A stretch of DNA of 34,159 bases from Flavobacteriales bacterium (GCA_035441065.1 DAORNP010000015.1:1-34159), one strand, 5' to 3'; shown: positions 9,067 through 18,741, counted from the first letter of the stretch. Made by a program: numbers and translations. The notes: generated by a model from the sequence alone, not told the origin.

Positions 9067-10305
9067 CTATTGCTCCTTCACCGCATCCTCATACAGCACC
9101 ACCTCCTTCTCGTTATTGATGCTGATGCGCGCGATCTCGTCGAACAAGGTGACCTTGCCGGTGACGCAGACTTTCTTGTTCAGTAGCCATTGCTCCGGGT
9201 CGTAGCTGAAGTTGATGCCATTGTTCTGCCAGATGGTTGCGTAGAACTGCTCGTTCGGGCTCTTGGAGTCGAAGTTCAGGTAAATGGCCTTGGCCTTCAC
9301 GGTGGTACGCGTGCTCACCACCGTCCCACAGACGGTCACGGTCTTGCCCACGTGGTATTTCGCCTGCGCGCTGTTGAACATGCCCTTGGGCAAAGGCGCT
9401 TTCAAAGGCGGCACTTCGCCGGCATTGGGGTCGCCATCGGGATACCAGTCACGTGTTTCGCTCATGCGCTCGATCCGCTCCTCAACCGCATCGCCAAGGG
9501 CGGGGAAGAAGTCGATCCCAGTGAGCTTCTCCACACTATCCACTGGAACGGCGTAGCTGATCACGGGCAGGTCCAGCTTGGCATTGCTCATCACGAAGGC
9601 AATGGCTTTGGAATCGTCGCCGTCCAGGTCGGCGATCACTTTCCAGAACAGCTCTGGGATGCTCACCTCATTCTTGCGATCGGGCTTCTGCATGGTGGGC
9701 AATCCATCGCGCAGCACAGGGCCCGTGGCAATGAATAGCCTCCGCTTCGAGTAGTACACGTAGCGGCGCGTCCAATCCTCTAATTCGGCCCAACGCCCGC
9801 GATTGAAGTCGGCCAGTTGAGGGCTGATGTTCGAGTAGTAATAGGTGGCGCGCAGGGCGTCGACGTTCCAGCGCATATCGGCACTCGGCACCAAGTGCCC
9901 GCGGTCGAAGCCGCTGTTCCAGTAGTCGGCGGTCACCGCAGTGCCCGTCTTCACCTTGGGATCGGGAATGAAGGAATCGATGCGCGCGAGATTTCCGGTG
10001 ATCAGTTCAGGCGCAGCAATGTGCACGGTCCATTTCGGCTGCTCGTGCTTCTCCTCATACACCAGCATGTGGCCGGGATGCTCGATCACTTCATCGCCGG
10101 GCATCAATGCCGGGAGCCCCAGTTTCCATAGGTCGCGGCGCATGATGGCCAGTTTCACGGAATCCAGCTTCGCGATGCTCGCGCGCTGCTGGTCCTGCAA
10201 GCGCTCGTGCTGCTGCTGCACGCGCTTGAGCTGCTCGTCGAGATCGTATTGGGCGGAGGCGCTTGCCGCTAGAAGCGTGCAGGCCAGGAGTAAGGGTCGC
10301 ATCAT
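9067..10305 (-). CDS. secreted DNA/RNA non-specific endonuclease (NucA/EndoG beta-beta-alpha-Me family) with C-terminal OB-fold-like domain
   Basis: Signal peptide MMRPLLLACTLLAASASAQ. Catalytic DRGH motif (GFDRGHLVPSADM) and downstream NISPQ...NRGRWAELE. The last ~97 aa have an alternating beta pattern (TVTVCGTVVS...KVCVTGKVTLF) resembling an OB fold. Confidence 0.85.
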   Translation of the reverse strand: MMRPLLLACTLLAASASAQYDLDEQLKRVQQQHERLQDQQRASIAKLDSVKLAIMRRDLWKLGLPALMPGDEVIEHPGHMLVYEEKHEQPKWTVHIAAPELITGNLARIDSFIPDPKVKTGTAVTADYWNSGFDRGHLVPSADMRWNVDALRATYYYSNISPQLADFNRGRWAELEDWTRRYVYYSKRRLFIATGPVLRDGLPTMQKPDRKNEVSIPELFWKVIADLDGDDSKAIAFVMSNAKLDLPVISYAVPVDSVEKLTGIDFFPALGDAVEERIERMSETRDWYPDGDPNAGEVPPLKAPLPKGMFNSAQAKYHVGKTVTVCGTVVSTRTTVKAKAIYLNFDSKSPNEQFYATIWQNNGINFSYDPEQWLLNKKVCVTGKVTLFDEIARISINNEKEVVLYEDAVKEQ

Positions 10306-11402
10306 GCTCGGCGCAAGGTAGTCGGCGCGCGGCGGAGCAAGAGCGAGGCCAGATCTTCCATGGCCTCCTCCAATAGGTCGCCGCCTTGCGGAGCCAGCGG
10401 TTGTGCGAACCGGCGCATCTGCTGCAACGCGCTCTCGAGGTCGATGGCTTCCTGCTTCTGCACGACGAAGCGGCCTGTGCGCGCATGCAAGCGGCCGAGG
10501 TATTCCTGCTCCTCTTGCCCCGGTGTGGGAATGATGAGCGCACTGCGGCCCAATGCCGCGAGGTCCATCAACGTGGTGTAGCCGCTGCGCGAAACGACCA
10601 GCTCTGCGCCCAGCATCGCATTCGCCAATTCAACTCCGCTCATGTGCGAGCGCACGCGCACATTGCCCTGCTGCTCATCGCGCGGATGCTGCGGTTGCCC
10701 AAGCACCAGCAGGTGATCGCCCGGCAATGCGTGAAGGGCATCGAGCAAACGCTGCTCGAGCAAGGAGCGCTGCGGCTCAGGACCGCTGATCACGGCGGCG
10801 ACCGTGTAGCTCGGTGCTGTCCCTTGCTTCGCGGATGACATTCTGCTCACCACCCCGATGTAGCGCGCGTTCGGCGGAAGCGCATCACCATGCGAAAGGT
10901 CGCCCGCCAGCCCTGGTGCCTGCGCCTCGTCCATGATCCAGCTGCGATCGAAACGGCCGATATGGCGCAGGTTCAGCTTGCGCAAGGCGCGCTGCGCCAA
11001 GGGCGTGAACGGGAAGACCTGATGCGTGACGAGCACGCTGGGAAGCTCAGCGCAGCGCACGCCGAAACGCTGGTCGCTGATCACTGCATCGAGGCGCACC
11101 TGCTGGCGGATGCGATCGAAGGCCGCGCGCTCGGCCTGCACGCTGCGCACCATTGCGGGGAATTGCCGCGCCATGCTCCAGATCTGAGTGCTGGTCTTGG
11201 AGTAGCGCACCTCCACGCCGGGCAGCCGAACGAATTCGAGTTGCGGGAACTCCGCGCGCAGCAACGCCAGCGGACCGCCATCGGCACCGATGATGGGCAG
11301 CGCGTTGCGCGCAATTAGGCGTTGAATGATGGGCACGCAGCGAGCGGCATGGCCCAGGCCCCAGTCGAGCGGGGCAACCAAGATGCGAGCACCGTGCAGC
11401 AT
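10302..11402 (-). CDS. GT-B fold glycosyltransferase (MurG/GT28-C-terminal-like, uncharacterised subfamily)
   Basis: N-terminal G-x-G-H motif (PLDWGLGHAARCVPI). C-terminal nucleotide-sugar binding region (SRSGYTTLMDLAALGRSALIIPTPGQEEQ). The stop overlaps the nuclease start (ATGA). Confidence 0.75.
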   Translation of the reverse strand: MLHGARILVAPLDWGLGHAARCVPIIQRLIARNALPIIGADGGPLALLRAEFPQLEFVRLPGVEVRYSKTSTQIWSMARQFPAMVRSVQAERAAFDRIRQQVRLDAVISDQRFGVRCAELPSVLVTHQVFPFTPLAQRALRKLNLRHIGRFDRSWIMDEAQAPGLAGDLSHGDALPPNARYIGVVSRMSSAKQGTAPSYTVAAVISGPEPQRSLLEQRLLDALHALPGDHLLVLGQPQHPRDEQQGNVRVRSHMSGVELANAMLGAELVVSRSGYTTLMDLAALGRSALIIPTPGQEEQEYLGRLHARTGRFVVQKQEAIDLESALQQMRRFAQPLAPQGGDLLEEAMEDLASLLLRRAPTTLRRA

Positions 11403-11470
11403 ATCTCCTTCCCGCATTGCGAGCGTGCGAAGGTGGTCACACCGGAGTGAAGCCGATGTTACTCGGCGGC

Positions 11471-11478
11471 TACTTTCG
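11471..11478 (+). promoter_or_regulatory. candidate -7 promoter box (TACTTTCG) for trmB
   Basis: TAnnTT(C)G box 13 nt upstream of the ATG at 11492. Confidence 0.3.
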
Positions 11479-11491
11479 CGCGCCTTTCACC

Positions 11492-12187
11492 ATGGGTAAG
11501 AACAAACTCGCTCGCTTCGCCGAGAACCTCACCTTCGAGCATGTGGTGCAGCCCACCTTTGAGGAGCTCATGCAGGGCGGCCTTCACTTCAAGGGCCGTT
11601 GGAACTCTGACTTCTTCGAGCGCGAGGCGCCATTGGTGCTGGAGCTGGGCTGCGGCGGGGGCGAGTACACCGTGGGCCTCGCACGGCTCTATCCGCAGCG
11701 CAACTTCATCGGTGTCGATATCAAAGGCGCTCGGCTTTGGCGGGGCGCACGCACGGCCCAAGAGGAAGGCCTCACGAACGTCGGCTTCCTGCGGACGCAT
11801 GTCGATCACTTGCTGAAGTGCTTCGGTCCGCAGGAAGTGGACGAGATCTGGCTCACCTTCAGCGATCCGCAGATCGGCAAGGCGCGCAAGCGATTGACGA
11901 GTCCCTTATTCCTCAATCGGTACAGGCAAGTGCTCAAGCCCGGTGGCCTCATCCACCTGAAGACCGATAGTCCCTTGCTTTACGAATACACCTTGGAGAT
12001 GATCGCCGAGCACAAGCTCAAGGTGCATGAGCAGAGCGCTGAGGTGTATGCTGATCTCGTGCATCGCGTATCGCCCGAGGAGCAGGCCGTGCTGAACATC
12101 CGCACCTATTACGAGCAGATGTGGCTGGCCGAGGGAAGAACGATCCATTACGTGCGGTTCAGCCTTGATGGGGCGCAGAAAATCTGA
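11492..12187 (+). CDS. trmB: tRNA (guanine46-N7)-methyltransferase
   Basis: Start trimmed to MGKNKLARFAEN. SAM-binding LELGCGGGEY, conserved FSDPQ..KARKRL segment, length about 231 aa. Confidence 0.9.
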   Translation: MGKNKLARFAENLTFEHVVQPTFEELMQGGLHFKGRWNSDFFEREAPLVLELGCGGGEYTVGLARLYPQRNFIGVDIKGARLWRGARTAQEEGLTNVGFLRTHVDHLLKCFGPQEVDEIWLTFSDPQIGKARKRLTSPLFLNRYRQVLKPGGLIHLKTDSPLLYEYTLEMIAEHKLKVHEQSAEVYADLVHRVSPEEQAVLNIRTYYEQMWLAEGRTIHYVRFSLDGAQKI

Positions 12188-12216
12188 TTGAAACACGCAT
12201 CACCGATAATCGTCAG

Positions 12217-12585
12217 ATGGCCAGACGCGTTGTAATCAATGATGCGGTGAACGAGCGCGACTTCTTCGCCGACGTGATGGACGTAGTGCGCCAGATCCCA
12301 CGCGGACGGGTAACGAGCTACGGCGCCATCGCGAAATACCTCGGTGCCGCACGCTCGGCGCGCATCGTGGGCTATTGCATGAACAATAGCCACACCGTGA
12401 AGCCGACCGTTCCTGCGCATCGTGTAGTGAACAGCGCGGGCATCCTCAGCGGCAAGCACCACTTCGGCCCCGATGACCGCATGCAGCGACTATTGGAGAA
12501 GGAAGGCGTGAAGGTGAATGACGACCAGGTGGTTGACTTCGCCAAGCGCTTCTGGGACCCGGCTGTGGAGCTAGGCCTTGGGTGA
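12217..12585 (+). CDS. alkyltransferase-like (ATL) protein, MGMT-family DNA-binding domain without the acceptor cysteine
   Basis: Matches the YbaZ/Atl1 pattern: IPRGRVTSYGAIAKYLG..RSARIVG, then VPAHRVVNSAGILS. An MGMT would have PCHRV at that position, so Cys is replaced by Ala. 122 aa with no N-terminal MGMT domain. Confidence 0.85.
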   Translation: MARRVVINDAVNERDFFADVMDVVRQIPRGRVTSYGAIAKYLGAARSARIVGYCMNNSHTVKPTVPAHRVVNSAGILSGKHHFGPDDRMQRLLEKEGVKVNDDQVVDFAKRFWDPAVELGLG

Positions 12586-12729
12586 ATGAAATGACACGCC
12601 GAGCACGCTGAAAGACCTGCGCAATCACAGCACACGGGCAGCCCACCACTGGCCTGGTCCTCTCCAGCACATTGTCAACCCTTGATTATCAATCATTTGC
12701 AAGCGACCCTCCGGTAGCAACTGCCCACC

Positions 12730-12737
12730 TATATTCG
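12730..12737 (+). promoter_or_regulatory. candidate -7 promoter box (TATATTCG) for the ppiD-like gene
   Basis: Lies in the locally most AT-rich intergenic stretch, 20 nt upstream of the ATG at 12758. Confidence 0.3.
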
Positions 12738-12757
12738 CAGCCCCAATTCCAGCAGAT

Positions 12758-14839
12758 ATGGCAGTCATCGGCAAAATCCGCGAGCGCAGTGGCCTCTTGA
12801 TCGTGCTCGTGGGCGGCGCATTGGCCCTTTTCATCCTCGATGCCCTTCTATCGAACCGTGGCGGCCCCACCGGCCGTGGCGACGACCCTGTTGGCGAGAT
12901 CGCCGGGGAGGAAATCAAGATCGGGGATTTCGATCGTCGTGTGAGCGATGAGGTGGAGAGCTACCGGAACGAGTTCGGCCAACCCGCGAATGCGCAGGTG
13001 AGCGAGCAGGTCCGGAATACGGTCTGGAATGAGATCATCAAGGCTCGCGTGCTGCTCAACCAGGTCGAGGCCGCTGGCTTCACCATCACCAAGGCGGAGT
13101 ATGACGATGTGCGCTTCGGCGACAACGTGGCGCCTGAATTCCGCGGCCAGTTCAACGGTCCCGATGGCCAGCCGGACAAGACCCGCCTGCGCGAGTACTT
13201 CAGCAGCATTCAGATCAATGCGCCGGTGTACCACGAGATCCAGAGCCGCCGGATCCAGGAGAACCGCCTCTACGCCAAGTTCAACGCCTTGGTGAAAAAG
13301 AGCGTGTACGTGAACAGTGCGCAGGCCCGCGACGAGTTCAACGCCAAGAACACACGCGCCACCTTCAGCTTCGTGGCCAAGCGCTACGATAGCGAGCCCG
13401 ACAGCCTCTATCCCGTCAGCGACAAGGACCTGCGCCGCTACTACGACGAGCACAAGAACGACTCCAAGCACAAGCAGAAGGCATCACGCACCTTCGACTA
13501 TGTCCTTTTCCCTGTGTTGCCCAGCGATGATGACCGCGAGGCCCTCGCCCGCAACCTTGCTGCCCTGCGCGGCCCCTTCGAGCAAACGGATGACGACAGT
13601 GCCTTCGTCGTGGCCAACGCCGAGTCGCGTGCCTACAGCAAGGTGCCTTACACCGAAGGCAGCATCGACAAACTGAACGACTCGCTGATCGTGAATGGAG
13701 CCGTGGGTGCCGTTGTGGGCCCCTTCCTCGAAGGCAACGCCTACAAGCTCGTGAAAGTGAAGGAACTCGCTGGCGTTCCCGAGGCCCGTGTGCGCCACAT
13801 CCTGCTCAGCACCCAGAAGGGCAAGGATGAAGACGAACAGAAGAAGCGCGCCGACAGCCTGCTCACCGTGGTGAAGCGCGACAAGAGCAAGTTCGAGGCG
13901 ATGGTGACCGCGTTCAGCGACGACCCCGGCAGCGTGAGCAACGGCGGCGTGTACGAATGGTTCGGCAAGGAGCAGATGGTGCCCGAGTTCACCAAGGCCA
14001 GCTTCGATGAGAAAGTGGGCGCCACCACCATCTGCAAGACCAGCTACGGCTTTCACATCGTGGAGGTGCTCGGTCAGCGCACGCGTCAAGAGCGCCGCAT
14101 CATCACCGTTGACCGCAACGTGAAGCCCAGCGCCGCCACCTTCAAGGAAGTGTACAAGAAGGCGAACGAGTTCAGCCTGCGCAACAAGACCCCTGAGGCC
14201 CTGAAATCCTCTGCTGCAGAGCAAGGCCTGCAGGTCACCAACGTGCCCGACTTCCGCGCCGATAGCCGTTTCGTGCAGGGCCTGAGCGAGCCCGGCAGCG
14301 TGATCGGCTGGGTGAATCGCGCCAAATTGAACGAGGTGAGCGAACCCAAGGACGCCGGCGACAACTACGTGGTGGCCGCCTTGCTTAAGGTGAAGGAAGA
14401 AGGCGTGCCCGAGCTCGATGATGTGCGCGAGGCCTTCACCAAGGAAGCCGCCAAGCAGAAGAAGGCAGAAGCCTGGATGGAGAAGATGAAGGGCAAGACC
14501 GATCTGAACGCGCTGGCCGGCGAGCTCGGCTCGAGCGTGCAGGATGCGAACGACATGGCCTTCAACAACTTCAGCATCCCCGGCGGCTATGCCGAGTACG
14601 AGGTCATCGGCAAGATCTTCGGGCTGCAAGCCGGACAAGCGAGCGTGCCGCTGAAAGGCGAGACCGCCGTGTTCGTGGCGCAGATGAACAGTCGCAGCGA
14701 AGCTCCCGCCGATGGCGACATCGCGGGCGAGAAGGGCAGCCTGCTCGGCCGCTTGCAGAGCCGCGCGGAGAACGCCGTCCTCAATGCCCTTCGCGAAGCA
14801 GCTGGCGTGAAGGACAACCGCCACCTGCACTACAACTGA
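12758..14839 (+). CDS. periplasmic chaperone / peptidyl-prolyl isomerase, PpiD/SurA-like
   Basis: N-terminal membrane anchor (IRERSGLLIVLVGGALALFILDALL) typical of PpiD. Central parvulin domain (ARVRHILL...GGVYEWFGKEQMVPEFTKASF...TSYGFHIVEV). 693 aa. Confidence 0.85.
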   Translation: MAVIGKIRERSGLLIVLVGGALALFILDALLSNRGGPTGRGDDPVGEIAGEEIKIGDFDRRVSDEVESYRNEFGQPANAQVSEQVRNTVWNEIIKARVLLNQVEAAGFTITKAEYDDVRFGDNVAPEFRGQFNGPDGQPDKTRLREYFSSIQINAPVYHEIQSRRIQENRLYAKFNALVKKSVYVNSAQARDEFNAKNTRATFSFVAKRYDSEPDSLYPVSDKDLRRYYDEHKNDSKHKQKASRTFDYVLFPVLPSDDDREALARNLAALRGPFEQTDDDSAFVVANAESRAYSKVPYTEGSIDKLNDSLIVNGAVGAVVGPFLEGNAYKLVKVKELAGVPEARVRHILLSTQKGKDEDEQKKRADSLLTVVKRDKSKFEAMVTAFSDDPGSVSNGGVYEWFGKEQMVPEFTKASFDEKVGATTICKTSYGFHIVEVLGQRTRQERRIITVDRNVKPSAATFKEVYKKANEFSLRNKTPEALKSSAAEQGLQVTNVPDFRADSRFVQGLSEPGSVIGWVNRAKLNEVSEPKDAGDNYVVAALLKVKEEGVPELDDVREAFTKEAAKQKKAEAWMEKMKGKTDLNALAGELGSSVQDANDMAFNNFSIPGGYAEYEVIGKIFGLQAGQASVPLKGETAVFVAQMNSRSEAPADGDIAGEKGSLLGRLQSRAENAVLNALREAAGVKDNRHLHYN

Positions 14840-14856
14840 TCGCGAGGGATCTCGCA

Positions 14857-14886
14857 ACGAGCGCCGGCCCGAGGGTCGGCGCTCGT
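14857..14886. terminator. candidate bidirectional stem-loop between convergent genes
   Basis: Perfect 10-bp inverted repeat ACGAGCGCCG (14857-14866) / CGGCGCTCGT (14877-14886) with a 10-nt loop. It sits exactly between the ppiD-like stop (14839) and the stop of the minus-strand ORF (14890). No U-tract follows. Confidence 0.35.
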
Positions 14887-14889
14887 GCT

Positions 14890-15531
14890 TCAGGGTCTGC
14901 CCAAGCGCAGCCGGCAGCCCACCTTAACCCTTGCGGCAGGGCTCGAGGGCCATGGCTCATGGCGTTCTGCCTGAAGAAGCAGATGGCCCTCGAAGAACAA
15001 GGCACCCCGGCGCGTCACCCGCTCGTATCCGGAGAACAACGTGAGCCCTCCCAGCCAGCGCGTGTGATCGTATGAAATCGGCGAGCTATAGCCCGTGGTG
15101 AGGTCCGTACGCTGCCCTCGGCTGCGCGTGTGCATGCGCTGCAGCGAGGCGCCAATGCCAGCGATCGCATACCCCTTGCGCTCTGTCCATCCTGCATTCC
15201 CAAGCCGAATGGCGCAGCCCAGATCCAGCGATGCATTTGAGCGTGCGAGATCGTACCTGTGCCTTGCATGTGTCGTGTCGCCACCAACAGGCAATGATCT
15301 TGCGCTAGAGGTGTATTCCACCTCGCTCTTCTTCGGCACCGCCCAGAAGCCCGCCCAACGCGTGCTCCAGCGCTCATTGAGCCGAAAATCGGCCTGTGCC
15401 ATGGGGCCGAAGTACACCTCACGATCGCGGCGCTCGGCATGGATCACCGCGCCGCCGCCAAGGCTCCATTGGCCGAAGCTTGAAATCGAAACAACCAACG
15501 TTGCTGAAGCGACCGTCGGGCGGAACGGCAT
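14890..15531 (-). CDS. hypothetical protein, possibly a small outer-membrane beta-barrel
   Basis: ORF downstream of rodA on the same strand. Start taken at MPFRPTVASATLVVSISSFGQ (signal-like). Alternating hydrophobic/polar segments (YAIAGIGASLQ, LGGLTLFSGYERV, ALFFEGHLLLQ). No family recognised. Confidence 0.4.
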   Translation of the reverse strand: MPFRPTVASATLVVSISSFGQWSLGGGAVIHAERRDREVYFGPMAQADFRLNERWSTRWAGFWAVPKKSEVEYTSSARSLPVGGDTTHARHRYDLARSNASLDLGCAIRLGNAGWTERKGYAIAGIGASLQRMHTRSRGQRTDLTTGYSSPISYDHTRWLGGLTLFSGYERVTRRGALFFEGHLLLQAERHEPWPSSPAARVKVGCRLRLGRP

Positions 15532-15565
15532 GGCTGCCGAACGCAAGAGTGTGGATGATGTTGCC

Positions 15566-16888
15566 CTACCTCAACTGGCTCAACCGTTCCGCATCCAAGC
15601 GCACCAGCGTGCCCAGCAGCAGGGTAAAGCCGATCATACTGCTGCCGCCGTAGCTGAAGAAGGGCAGCGGTATGCCGATCACGGGCGCCAGTCCGATGGC
15701 CATGCCCACGTTGATGGTGAGGTGCAGGAAGAAGATGCTGGCCACGCAGTACGCGTAGATGCGCGTGAACTTCGAGCGCTGGCGGTCGCTGATCTGGATG
15801 ATGCGCAGGATGAGCACGGTGAAGAGGATCACCACGAAAGCAGTGCCCAGGAAGCCCCACTCTTCGCCAACGGTGCAGAAGATGAAATCGGTGCTCTGCA
15901 TGGGCACGTACTTGAACTTGGTGAGCGTGCCATCGAGGTAGCCCTTGCCGCTGAAGCCGCCGCTGCCGATCGCGGTCTGGCTCTGCTTCACGTTGTAGCC
16001 GATCCCCTGCGGGTCGTCCATCTGGCCCAGCATCACCAGGATACGGTCGCGTTGGTGCTGCGCGAGGACTTTCTCGAAGGCGTAATCGATGCTGCCGATG
16101 CAGCCCGCGCTGGCCAAGACGCCCAATATGATGTAGGCATGGATGCGACGGCGCAGCCGCTTCACCACCAGGTTGCGCGCGGCGAACCAGGCCAGCGCGC
16201 CGATGATTGCGATCACCAGCAGCAGGAACATCGGCCCACTGAGCTGCTTATCGGTGAAGGGCAGATCGAAGAAGCTCTCTTTGAGGATGAGCGAGAGGAT
16301 GGCGAGGAAGGCCGCCAGGATGCCCAGCAGCAGGATGTTGCCCGAGAGCCCCTCGCGGTAGAGCACGAGGATGAATGCGCCGCTCACGAGGGCGGTGCCG
16401 GTATCGGGCTGCAGCATGATCAGCGCCACCGGAGCGAGGATGATCGCGGTGCTGATGGCGCGCGAGCGGAAATCGATGAGCGCCTTGAGGCCGCTGAGGT
16501 AACGCGTGAGCGCGAGCGCCGTGGCGTATTTGGCGAACTCGGCGGGTTGTATGCCGAAACTGCCTACGCCGAACCACGCCTTCGCGCCGTTCACCTCCTT
16601 GCCGATGACAAGCACGAGTGCAAGCAGCAGCAGCACGAAGGCATAGATTCCATTGGCCCAATCGCGGAAGATGTGCCCGCGCACCAAGAGGATGGCACCG
16701 CCCAGGGTGAGGCTGATGCCCATCCACACGGCCTGCTTGCCGTACTCCTTGCTCTGGTCGAAGATGCTCGCGTGCTCCGGATCGTAGGCGGCGCTGTAGA
16801 TGTTGGCCCAGCCCATGAACATCAAGGCCAGGTACATCAGCAGTAGCGGCCGATCGAAATTGGCGGAGACGTTCTCGCGGGCACTCAT
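15566..16888 (-). CDS. rodA: rod shape-determining protein RodA (SEDS-family peptidoglycan polymerase)
   Basis: Start trimmed to MSARENVSANFDRPLLLMYL, and this ATG overlaps the mrdA stop (ATGA). Polytopic. Conserved PLPFFSYGGSS motif near the C-terminus. Confidence 0.93.
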   Translation of the reverse strand: MSARENVSANFDRPLLLMYLALMFMGWANIYSAAYDPEHASIFDQSKEYGKQAVWMGISLTLGGAILLVRGHIFRDWANGIYAFVLLLLALVLVIGKEVNGAKAWFGVGSFGIQPAEFAKYATALALTRYLSGLKALIDFRSRAISTAIILAPVALIMLQPDTGTALVSGAFILVLYREGLSGNILLLGILAAFLAILSLILKESFFDLPFTDKQLSGPMFLLLVIAIIGALAWFAARNLVVKRLRRRIHAYIILGVLASAGCIGSIDYAFEKVLAQHQRDRILVMLGQMDDPQGIGYNVKQSQTAIGSGGFSGKGYLDGTLTKFKYVPMQSTDFIFCTVGEEWGFLGTAFVVILFTVLILRIIQISDRQRSKFTRIYAYCVASIFFLHLTINVGMAIGLAPVIGIPLPFFSYGGSSMIGFTLLLGTLVRLDAERLSQLR

Positions 16889-18741
16889 CGGCGTTGGCGC
16901 TGCTTCTTGGGCTTCTTCACGAAATGCTTCTCGGCCTCGATCAGGTCGGCCTCGAGCATGCGCTTCATCACATCGGGACGCGTGATGGTGTCGGTGAGGT
17001 ATTGCTCCATGAGCAGGCTGGCGATGGGAGCCGCCCATGTGCCGCCGAAGCCGCTGTTCTCCACATAGACCGCCATAGCGATCTTGGGGTCCTCCATCGG
17101 CGCGAAGCAGATGAAGACCGCGTGGTCCTGCCCGTGCGGGTTCTCCGCAGTGCCGGTCTTGCCGCACACGGTGATGCCCGGAATGCGTGCCTGCCGCGCG
17201 GTTCCGCCCGCTTCATGCACCACGCGCCGCATGCCTTCCTGGATGTGATCGAACCAATGCGGTGCCACCTCCACCACATGCTTCTCACGGTAGCGCGCCT
17301 GCACGCTGTCCGCTTCGCCGATGGCGCGCACCACGTGCGGATCGTAATACCAGCCTTTGTTGGCGAAGATGGCCGCGAGGTTCGCCATCTGAATGGGCAC
17401 GGTGAGCACTTCGCCCTGGCCGATGCTCACGCTGTAGATGGTGCTGAAGGCCCAGCGCTCCTTACCATACTTGCGATCATAGTACGCAGGGCCGGGGATG
17501 TTGCCGCCCTTGAGCGATGGCAGATCCATACGCGGCTTCTCGCCCAGGCCGAAGCTCTTCATGCGGCGCTCCCATTCAGCCAGGCCCAAAGCAGCATCCC
17601 GGAATCGGCTCTTCTTATCGAGGTTCTGCTCGACCATGCGCTCAAAGACACGGTAGTAATAGGGGTTACAGCTGAACTGGATAGCCTGTTCGATGCTGGT
17701 GGCAGTGGGGTGCGCATGGCAGCCCACCAGGCTCTTGATGCAAGGGAAGCTGGTGTTGACCTTGATCACGCCCTCGTCGAGCGCGATGAGCGATTGCGCG
17801 ATCTTGAAGATGGAGCCCGGCGGGTACTGGGCCTGCAGCGCGCGATCAAAGAGCGGCTTGATGGGGTCGTTCTGCAGGATGCCATAGTTGGTGTTCCGGA
17901 CCCGGCCCACGAGCAACTCGGGGTCGTACGTTGGACTGCTCACCAAGCAGAGCACCTCGCCGGTGCGCGGGTCGAGCGCCACGATGCTGCCCTTCTTGTT
18001 CCGCATGAGCTGCTCGCCCAGTCGCTGCATATCGATATCGATGCCCGTGAAAAGGTCCTTGCCTTCCACAGCGAGCGTATCGTATCGCCCCTCTTTGAAG
18101 CTGCCCTTGATGTTGTTATGCACATCAACCAGCACGTAGCGCGAACCGCGCCGACCACGCAGCACATCTTCGTAGTACTGCTCCAAGCCGCCCACGCCGA
18201 CCACGTCGCCCGATTTGTAGTAAGGGTCGGCCGCCACCTTAGCGGGGCTCACCTCGCTGAGGTAACCGAGCAGGTGCGCCGCCACGCGCGGCGGGTAGGT
18301 GCGCAGGGTGCGGCTCTGCCCATAGAATCCAGGATACTTGTGAAGGTGCACGCTGATGGCCGCATACTGCCCGGCAGGGATCTGCTTCTCAATCACACTG
18401 GGCTTGTACAGCGAGTATTTGCGCGCATCGATCATGCGCTGGTGCAGCTCGGGCAAGGGCACGCCGATAAGCTGCGCGAAGGCGGTGGTGTCGAAAGACT
18501 TCACCTCGCGCGGCACCATCATGACGTCATACACGGGCGTGTTGGCCACGAGCAGGCGGCCCTTGCGGTCGTAGATGAAACCGCGCGCGGGATAGTCGGT
18601 GATCTTGCGCTCGGCCATGCTCGCCGCGCTGGCCTTCCACTTGTCATCAACCACCTGTATCCAGAACAGGCGCAGGATGAAGATGAAGGCGATGGCGAGC
18701 ACCGCAGCGATGAGCACGTATTTGCGCCCCTCGAAGTTCAT
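16885..18741 (-). CDS. mrdA: penicillin-binding protein 2 (elongasome transpeptidase)
   Basis: N-terminal anchor. Transpeptidase motifs SxxK (SIFK), SxN (SCN) and KTG (KTGT). Position between mreD and rodA. Confidence 0.95.
   Translation of the reverse strand: MNFEGRKYVLIAAVLAIAFIFILRLFWIQVVDDKWKASAASMAERKITDYPARGFIYDRKGRLLVANTPVYDVMMVPREVKSFDTTAFAQLIGVPLPELHQRMIDARKYSLYKPSVIEKQIPAGQYAAISVHLHKYPGFYGQSRTLRTYPPRVAAHLLGYLSEVSPAKVAADPYYKSGDVVGVGGLEQYYEDVLRGRRGSRYVLVDVHNNIKGSFKEGRYDTLAVEGKDLFTGIDIDMQRLGEQLMRNKKGSIVALDPRTGEVLCLVSSPTYDPELLVGRVRNTNYGILQNDPIKPLFDRALQAQYPPGSIFKIAQSLIALDEGVIKVNTSFPCIKSLVGCHAHPTATSIEQAIQFSCNPYYYRVFERMVEQNLDKKSRFRDAALGLAEWERRMKSFGLGEKPRMDLPSLKGGNIPGPAYYDRKYGKERWAFSTIYSVSIGQGEVLTVPIQMANLAAIFANKGWYYDPHVVRAIGEADSVQARYREKHVVEVAPHWFDHIQEGMRRVVHEAGGTARQARIPGITVCGKTGTAENPHGQDHAVFICFAPMEDPKIAMAVYVENSGFGGTWAAPIASLLMEQYLTDTITRPDVMKRMLEADLIEAEKHFVKKPKKQRQRR

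Noticed and set aside
15566-17167. N-terminal extensions of several track ORFs (rodA to 17167, mreB to 21273, OMP to 24076, Na/Pi to 7983, trmB from 11417, ALDH from 26912, lipoprotein from 4756)
   Set aside because: The extensions are Arg/His/Pro-rich, overlap neighbouring genes, and precede internal ATGs that give canonical N-termini or ATGA coupling. I therefore trimmed the starts.
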